Shown: positions 59,578-64,000 of the stretch, in pieces
How the letters are laid out: every line of letters starts with the position of its first letter
How positions within the stretch are numbered: position 1 is the stretch's first letter
Source of the DNA: an uncultured Chloroflexia bacterium
GTDB lineage: Bacteria > Chloroflexota > Limnocylindria > Limnocylindrales > CSP1-4
Length of the DNA: 64,000 nucleotides
NCBI GenBank assembly: GCA_963841545.1
Contig: CAWJDE010000013.1
Span: 830-64,829 of the forward strand
Reading direction: 5' to 3'
Notes under the pieces: generated by a model
What the model saw: only the letters and a program-made list of their open reading frames with translations
Database searches by the model: none
Told to the model about the DNA's origin: nothing
Position numbers and translations under genes: made by a program

Positions 59578-60552
59578 ATGGCTTCCATCGCGGACATCGA
59601 GCAGCTCCTGGAGCAGATCTTCGAGCGCTCCGCCGCGCGCCTGTTCCGAACCCGGGTTCAGGTCGTCCAGATCGAGCGCCGGGTCGAACGGGCGATGGAG
59701 CGGTCGAGGACCGGACACGGCGCCCGGACGGAGGTGCCGGCGAGCTACCGCGTGCGACTGCATCCGGCGGACCTCGCCGACGTGGCGCCGACGCCCGCTG
59801 ACGCCCAGGCCCTGGCGGCCCGCCTCGCCGATGCGGCGCTGGCCTTCGCCCGCGCTCACGGCTACCACCTGCCCGGGCGACCGACGGTGGCCGTGCTGTC
59901 CGATGCGTCGCTCGATCGTGGCCGCGTGCGAATTGATGCCGGGACGGCCCCCGGTGACGCGGATGCTCCCGCGAGCGCGTCACGATCCGGCTCCGGCGCG
60001 CCCGGGAGGACGCTGGCGTCCGGTCCCGTCATGCCCGCGGCGGCGCCCACGGGTCCCGCTGTCCCGGTCGAACCCGTGAGGCCCGGTCACGCCGCGGCAG
60101 CCGGACCCGATAACGCCGCGGCGACCGGACCCGGCTACGCCGGGGCGGCCGATGCCGCAGGCGCGTCCGGCGGACAGCCCCGGGAGCTCGAGCCAGGCGG
60201 CATCCGCGTTGACGGCGACCGAACACAGGTCTTCCGGCGACCGGCTCCGGAGGCTGCACGGGCCATGCTGCGGGTGTTCGGTCGTGACGGCCGGGAGACG
60301 GCCATCGACGTGAACGGCCGGCCGCTCACGGTGGGCCGGTCGCGCGACAACGCCCTGGTCATCGACGATCCACGGGTCTCGCGCCATCACGGCCGGCTCC
60401 AGGCCCGGCACGGGACCCTGGTCTATACCGATCTCGGCAGCACCAACGGTAGCCGGGTGAACGGGATCCGGGTCGACGAGATCGCGCTGGGTCTCGGCGA
60501 CCGGCTGCTGGTCGGCGATACGGTGCTCGTGGTCGAGACCCTGCCGGATTGA
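59578..60552 (+). CDS. fhaA: FHA domain-containing protein FhaA (DUF3662 N-domain plus C-terminal FHA)
   Basis: N-terminus IEQLLEQIFERSAARLF resembles the FhaA N-domain. C-terminal FHA domain (GRSRDNALVIDDPRVSRHHGRL…TDLGSTNGSRVNG). Confidence 0.8.
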   Translation: MASIADIEQLLEQIFERSAARLFRTRVQVVQIERRVERAMERSRTGHGARTEVPASYRVRLHPADLADVAPTPADAQALAARLADAALAFARAHGYHLPGRPTVAVLSDASLDRGRVRIDAGTAPGDADAPASASRSGSGAPGRTLASGPVMPAAAPTGPAVPVEPVRPGHAAAAGPDNAAATGPGYAGAADAAGASGGQPRELEPGGIRVDGDRTQVFRRPAPEAARAMLRVFGRDGRETAIDVNGRPLTVGRSRDNALVIDDPRVSRHHGRLQARHGTLVYTDLGSTNGSRVNGIRVDEIALGLGDRLLVGDTVLVVETLPD

Positions 60553-60989
60553 TCGTGGACGGCTTTGTCCTCACCCTGTGGGTGGTTCGGGTCCTGTTCC
60601 TGGTCCTGCTGTACGGCTTCCTGTTCGCGGTGACCCGGGTGCTGCTGCGGGATCTGCGGACCGCCGCACGAGGCCCCATGGAGCTCGGTCGTCTGGTGGT
60701 CCTTGCCGCGCCGGCCGCCGAGCCACCGGTCGGCGCCTCGTTCCCGCTCGACGCGGTCACCAGCCTCGGCCGCGACGTGAACAATTCGATCGTGATCGAC
60801 GACCCGTTTGCCTCATCCGAGCACGCCGTGCTGAGCTTTCGCGGCCGGGCCTGGTACGTCGAGGATCTCGGCAGCACCAATGGCACGTTCGTGAACGGGT
60901 TGCCGGTCGAGCAGGTGGCGGCGCTCGGGTTCGGCGACGAGCTCCAGGTCGGCGAGGTTCGGTTCCGGCTCGACCGGGGACGAGCGTGA
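60549..60989 (+). CDS. fhaB: FHA domain-containing membrane protein FhaB/FipA
   Basis: N-terminal TM helix plus FHA domain (GRDVNNSIVIDDPFASSEHAVL…EDLGSTNGTFVNG). TTG/GTG start overlaps the fhaA stop. Confidence 0.8.
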   Translation: MIVDGFVLTLWVVRVLFLVLLYGFLFAVTRVLLRDLRTAARGPMELGRLVVLAAPAAEPPVGASFPLDAVTSLGRDVNNSIVIDDPFASSEHAVLSFRGRAWYVEDLGSTNGTFVNGLPVEQVAALGFGDELQVGEVRFRLDRGRA

Positions 60990-62536
60990 GCGTCCTCACC
61001 CAGGCGCGTCCGATCGCGGCATCCCGCTGGCGGGTCCGGCCGCGGGCTCGCCGGACGGAGCTCATGCTGCTCGGCCTGGTCTCGCTCACGCTCGTGGTGG
61101 GTGCCGCCTCCCTGGGAGCCACGATTCGGGTCCAGACCACGCTCGCGACCGGCGGGACCGTGAGCGCCCTCGACTTCCGGCCGCCCGATCCGACGGCGCT
61201 GGCGGTCTACCTCGGCGCCCTGTTCGCCGTGCACGCTGCGTTCGTCCTTGCCGGGCGGCGGATCGACCAGGTTCTGCTGCCGGCGGTCAGCCTGCTCGGT
61301 GGGATCGGGCTGCTGCTGATGCAGCGGCTGCCGCAGGACCTGGTGACCCAGTCGTTCGGCGGGACCGAGCTCGGGCTCGGTCAGCTGCAGCTGGGCTGGC
61401 TGCTGATCGCCCTCGTCGTGATCGCCGGCCTCGGCATCGCCGTCCGCTCCGACGCCTGGCTGCGCACCTACAAGTACACCTGGGCGGCCGCCGGGATCGC
61501 CCTCCTCATGGCCACGTTCGTGTTCGGCACCGACGTCAACGGTGCGCGCCTCACGCTCTCGATCGGCCCCCTGTCCGGCCAGCCCTCGGAGCTGCTCAAG
61601 GTCATCCTGGTGGTGTTCCTCGCCGGATACCTGTCCGAGAACCGGACGCTGCTCGCGGACGAGAGCACGCGTCTGGGACCGATCCGGCTGCCACCGATCC
61701 CGTACCTGGCCCCCATGGTCGCCATGTGGGCGGTCGCGCTGGGCATCGTGGTGGTCCAGCGCGATCTCGGTGCCGCGCTCCTGTTCTTCGCCGTGTTCCT
61801 TGCGTTGCTGTACATCACGACCGGTCGGCCGTCGTACGTGATCGGCGGCGTGATCCTGTTCCTGATCGGGTCATGGGTCCTGTACAACCTGTTCGGCCAC
61901 GTCCAGCAGCGGGTCGACAACTGGCTGGACCCGTTCCGGGACCCGCTCGGGACCGGGTTCCAGACGGTCCAGGCGCTGTACGCGTTCGCTCGAGGCGGCA
62001 TCCTCGGGGTTGGCCTCGGCGCCGGGCTGCCCACGATCGGTGGTCACCTGCCCGTCCCGGCCGTTCACACGGACTATCCGCTCGCGGCGCTCGGCGAGGA
62101 GCTTGGTCTCATCGGGCTGCTCGCGATCCTCGGTCTCTACCTCGTGGTGGTGGAGCGCGGCCTCCGGATCGCGGCCGCGGCCCACGATGACTTCCGCACG
62201 ATCCTCGCCGCCGGCCTGGCGCTGGTGGTCGCCGTCCAGGCGTTCATCATCGCGGGCGGCAACCTCAAGCTGATCCCGCTGACCGGGATCACGCTGCCGC
62301 TCATCTCCTACGGTGGCTCGTCGCTGCTGGCCAACGCGCTCGTGATCGGCCTCCTGCTCGCCCTGTCCGATCCGGGTGTGGAGCCGCCGCCCGCGCCCCG
62401 GGCCGCGCGCCGGTGGCTGCCGGGTCTCCGACGGGATGCCGCACCGGGCCGCCGTGCCGCTGCGCCAGGCCGCCGGGAGGCGGCGCCGGCTGGCCCGGCG
62501 CCGGCGGCCCCGGGGATCGGCGGGGAGCGTCGATGA
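60986..62536 (+). CDS. rodA: FtsW/RodA/SpoVE family peptidoglycan glycosyltransferase
   Basis: SEDS family motifs (…PSELLKVILVVFLAGYL…LPLISYGGSSLLAN). GTGA overlap with the fhaB stop. Confidence 0.85.
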   Translation: MSVLTQARPIAASRWRVRPRARRTELMLLGLVSLTLVVGAASLGATIRVQTTLATGGTVSALDFRPPDPTALAVYLGALFAVHAAFVLAGRRIDQVLLPAVSLLGGIGLLLMQRLPQDLVTQSFGGTELGLGQLQLGWLLIALVVIAGLGIAVRSDAWLRTYKYTWAAAGIALLMATFVFGTDVNGARLTLSIGPLSGQPSELLKVILVVFLAGYLSENRTLLADESTRLGPIRLPPIPYLAPMVAMWAVALGIVVVQRDLGAALLFFAVFLALLYITTGRPSYVIGGVILFLIGSWVLYNLFGHVQQRVDNWLDPFRDPLGTGFQTVQALYAFARGGILGVGLGAGLPTIGGHLPVPAVHTDYPLAALGEELGLIGLLAILGLYLVVVERGLRIAAAAHDDFRTILAAGLALVVAVQAFIIAGGNLKLIPLTGITLPLISYGGSSLLANALVIGLLLALSDPGVEPPPAPRAARRWLPGLRRDAAPGRRAAAPGRREAAPAGPAPAAPGIGGERR

Positions 62537-64000
62537 ACGCCGCGGCCGGCCGCGCGCCCATCGCCGGCAACATCCTGCGGACCGGGATTGCCCTGATCAC
62601 GGCGTTCGCCGTGCTCGCCCTTGGCGCCGGCTGGTGGCAGGTCGTCGAGGCGCAGCGGCTCTCCCGGGCGCCCGACAACCCGGCGGTGATCGCCGTTGCG
62701 CGGCGCGCGCTCCGTGGTCCCATCGTGGATCGCGACGGTCGGTGGCTGGCCCGGAGCTCGCGCGACCGGAATGGCGAGGCGGTCCGCGAGTACCGCGACG
62801 ATACGATCAGCCACGTGGTGGGCTATGCCTCGCGCCAGTTCGGGACCGCCGGCCTGGAGCGGACCTACAACGCCGAGCTGCTCGGGCTTGCCGGCGCGGA
62901 CCCCTTCGACGGCTTGCTCGACAAGTTCGGCTCGGCCACCCCCGACGCCCTCGGGCTCCAGCTGACGCTCGACCTGCGCCTCCAGCGAGCGGCCGTGAAT
63001 GGGCTGGGCAACGATCGAGGCGCCGTGGTCATGCTGGACCCGAGGACCGGGGAGGTCCTCGCGCTGGCATCGACGCCGACCTACGACGCATCGGCGATCG
63101 CGGATCCGGCGACCGCGACCGACACCTTCGAGGCGCTCCGCGCGGACAAGTCCAACCCGTTGCTGCCGCGTGCGACCCTCGGGCGCTACGTCCCGGGCTC
63201 GGTGTTCAAGATCCTGACGGCGATCGCCGGCCTCAACACCGGCGCGATCACCCCCGAGACGACCTACTCGGAACAGCCGGCCGCGGAGCGCAAGGGTCTG
63301 CTCGTCGACGGGTTCCGGATCAAGGACGGGCACCACCCGCAGACCGGCAACAGGGCGCTCGACCTGGTCGAGGCAACGGAGGTGAGCTGCAACATCTGGT
63401 ATGCGCTGACCGGCCTCGCCATCGGCGGCCAGAACCTCGTCGACCAGGCGTCCACGCTCGGGTTCGGGGCCCCGCTCCCGTTCGACCTGCCGACGGCGGT
63501 CAGCCAGGTCACGTCGGGAACGGGCAATGCCCCGGGCGGGTTCCGCGACGACGTCGAGCTGGCGTCCGCTTCCTTCGGGCAGGGCGAGACGTTCGTCACG
63601 CCGCTCCAGATGGCGCTGGTCGCGTCGGCCGTGGCCGACGGCGGCGTGCTGATGAAGCCGCATCTCGTCGAGGCCTTCACCGGCACCGGGCCCGGCGCGG
63701 GTGCCGTCCAGCCGCAGGTGTGGCGGCGCGCCATCTCCGCCGCCGACGCGGCGACGATCACCGGCGCGATGCAGCAGGCCGTCGAAGGGGACCTTGGCCG
63801 CCTGTTCACGGCGGGCGCCGCGGTCCCGGGCGTCGCGACGGCCGGCAAGTCGGGGACCGCCGAGCTTGGCGGCTCCGGCGAGCCGCACTCGTGGTTCATC
63901 GGCTTCGCACCGGCCGACCATCCCGTGATCGCGATCGCGGTCCTCGTGGAGCAGGGCGGGCGGGGAGGCGAACGCGCGGCGCCGCTTGCCGGCTCGCTGA
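62533..64000 (+). CDS. pbpA: penicillin-binding protein A (class B transpeptidase), 3' truncated at window edge
   Basis: SxxK (GSVFK), SxN (SCN) and KSG (GKSGTAE) motifs. ATGA overlap with the rodA stop. Not in the ORF track because no stop falls within the window. Confidence 0.85.
   Translation, partial: MNAAAGRAPIAGNILRTGIALITAFAVLALGAGWWQVVEAQRLSRAPDNPAVIAVARRALRGPIVDRDGRWLARSSRDRNGEAVREYRDDTISHVVGYASRQFGTAGLERTYNAELLGLAGADPFDGLLDKFGSATPDALGLQLTLDLRLQRAAVNGLGNDRGAVVMLDPRTGEVLALASTPTYDASAIADPATATDTFEALRADKSNPLLPRATLGRYVPGSVFKILTAIAGLNTGAITPETTYSEQPAAERKGLLVDGFRIKDGHHPQTGNRALDLVEATEVSCNIWYALTGLAIGGQNLVDQASTLGFGAPLPFDLPTAVSQVTSGTGNAPGGFRDDVELASASFGQGETFVTPLQMALVASAVADGGVLMKPHLVEAFTGTGPGAGAVQPQVWRRAISAADAATITGAMQQAVEGDLGRLFTAGAAVPGVATAGKSGTAELGGSGEPHSWFIGFAPADHPVIAIAVLVEQGGRGGERAAPLAGSL

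Noticed and set aside
57795-60079. R-rich ORFs 57795..59597(-) and 58829..60079(+)
   Set aside because: They are alternative frames of the zinc-ribbon repeat gene and fhaA. Translations are poly-Arg/Gly with no domain features, and the repeat region inflates ORF length in all frames.
60578-62536. Upstream 136 codons of track ORF 60578..62536
   Set aside because: The SEDS (RodA/FtsW) protein starts at GTG 60986. The upstream portion is the out-of-frame overlap with fhaB and is R/P/G-rich.
62308-63921. 537-aa minus-strand ORF
   Set aside because: It is antisense to pbpA, which has SxxK/SxN/KSG motifs. pbpA is not in the track only because it lacks a stop within the window.

Overview
High-GC (about 70%+) actinobacterial-type chromosomal segment, densely coding on both strands, with many long spurious antisense ORFs in the six-frame track. 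I called genes from recognisable protein families, start/stop coupling and RBS context. Recognisable blocks, in order: (1) a form-I aerobic carbon-monoxide dehydrogenase locus, 1-8890 (coxE-like partial, xdhC/coxI, mocA-like, methyltransferase, coxM-coxS-coxL, XdhC-YHS fusion, coxG). (2) Small accessory genes plus a 20-bp tandem-repeat intergenic element near 9300-9420. (3) A minus-strand operon of ABC ATPase, small ORF, ABC-2 permease, RsgA GTPase and a double-GNAT protein. (4) Lipoproteins and membrane proteins, then a MoxR-like AAA+ ATPase with a large vWA partner, 20041-23764. (5) Aldolase, GNAT, metallophosphoesterase and IMPase genes. (6) A minus-strand polyamine-type ABC importer plus class-III aminotransferase. 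(7) mrp/apbC, a crp-family regulator and cinA. (8) A holin-X-like membrane protein, tRNA-Leu(UAG) and tig-clpP-clpX. (9) A contiguous qcrCAB-ctaCDF respiratory operon. (10) valS preceded by a T-box-like leader. (11) A zinc-ribbon gene neighbourhood, including a long tandem-repeat, double zinc-ribbon gene that is frameshifted inside its repeats, placed divergently from fhaA-fhaB-rodA-pbpA, where no pstP phosphatase lies between fhaB and rodA. No CRISPR, rRNA or obvious transposase was seen. Coordinates follow the ORF-track frames. Between about 29.8-31.1 kb and 45.2-46.2 kb my position counting from the printed lines and the track disagreed by 1 nt, so internal starts there may be off by 1.
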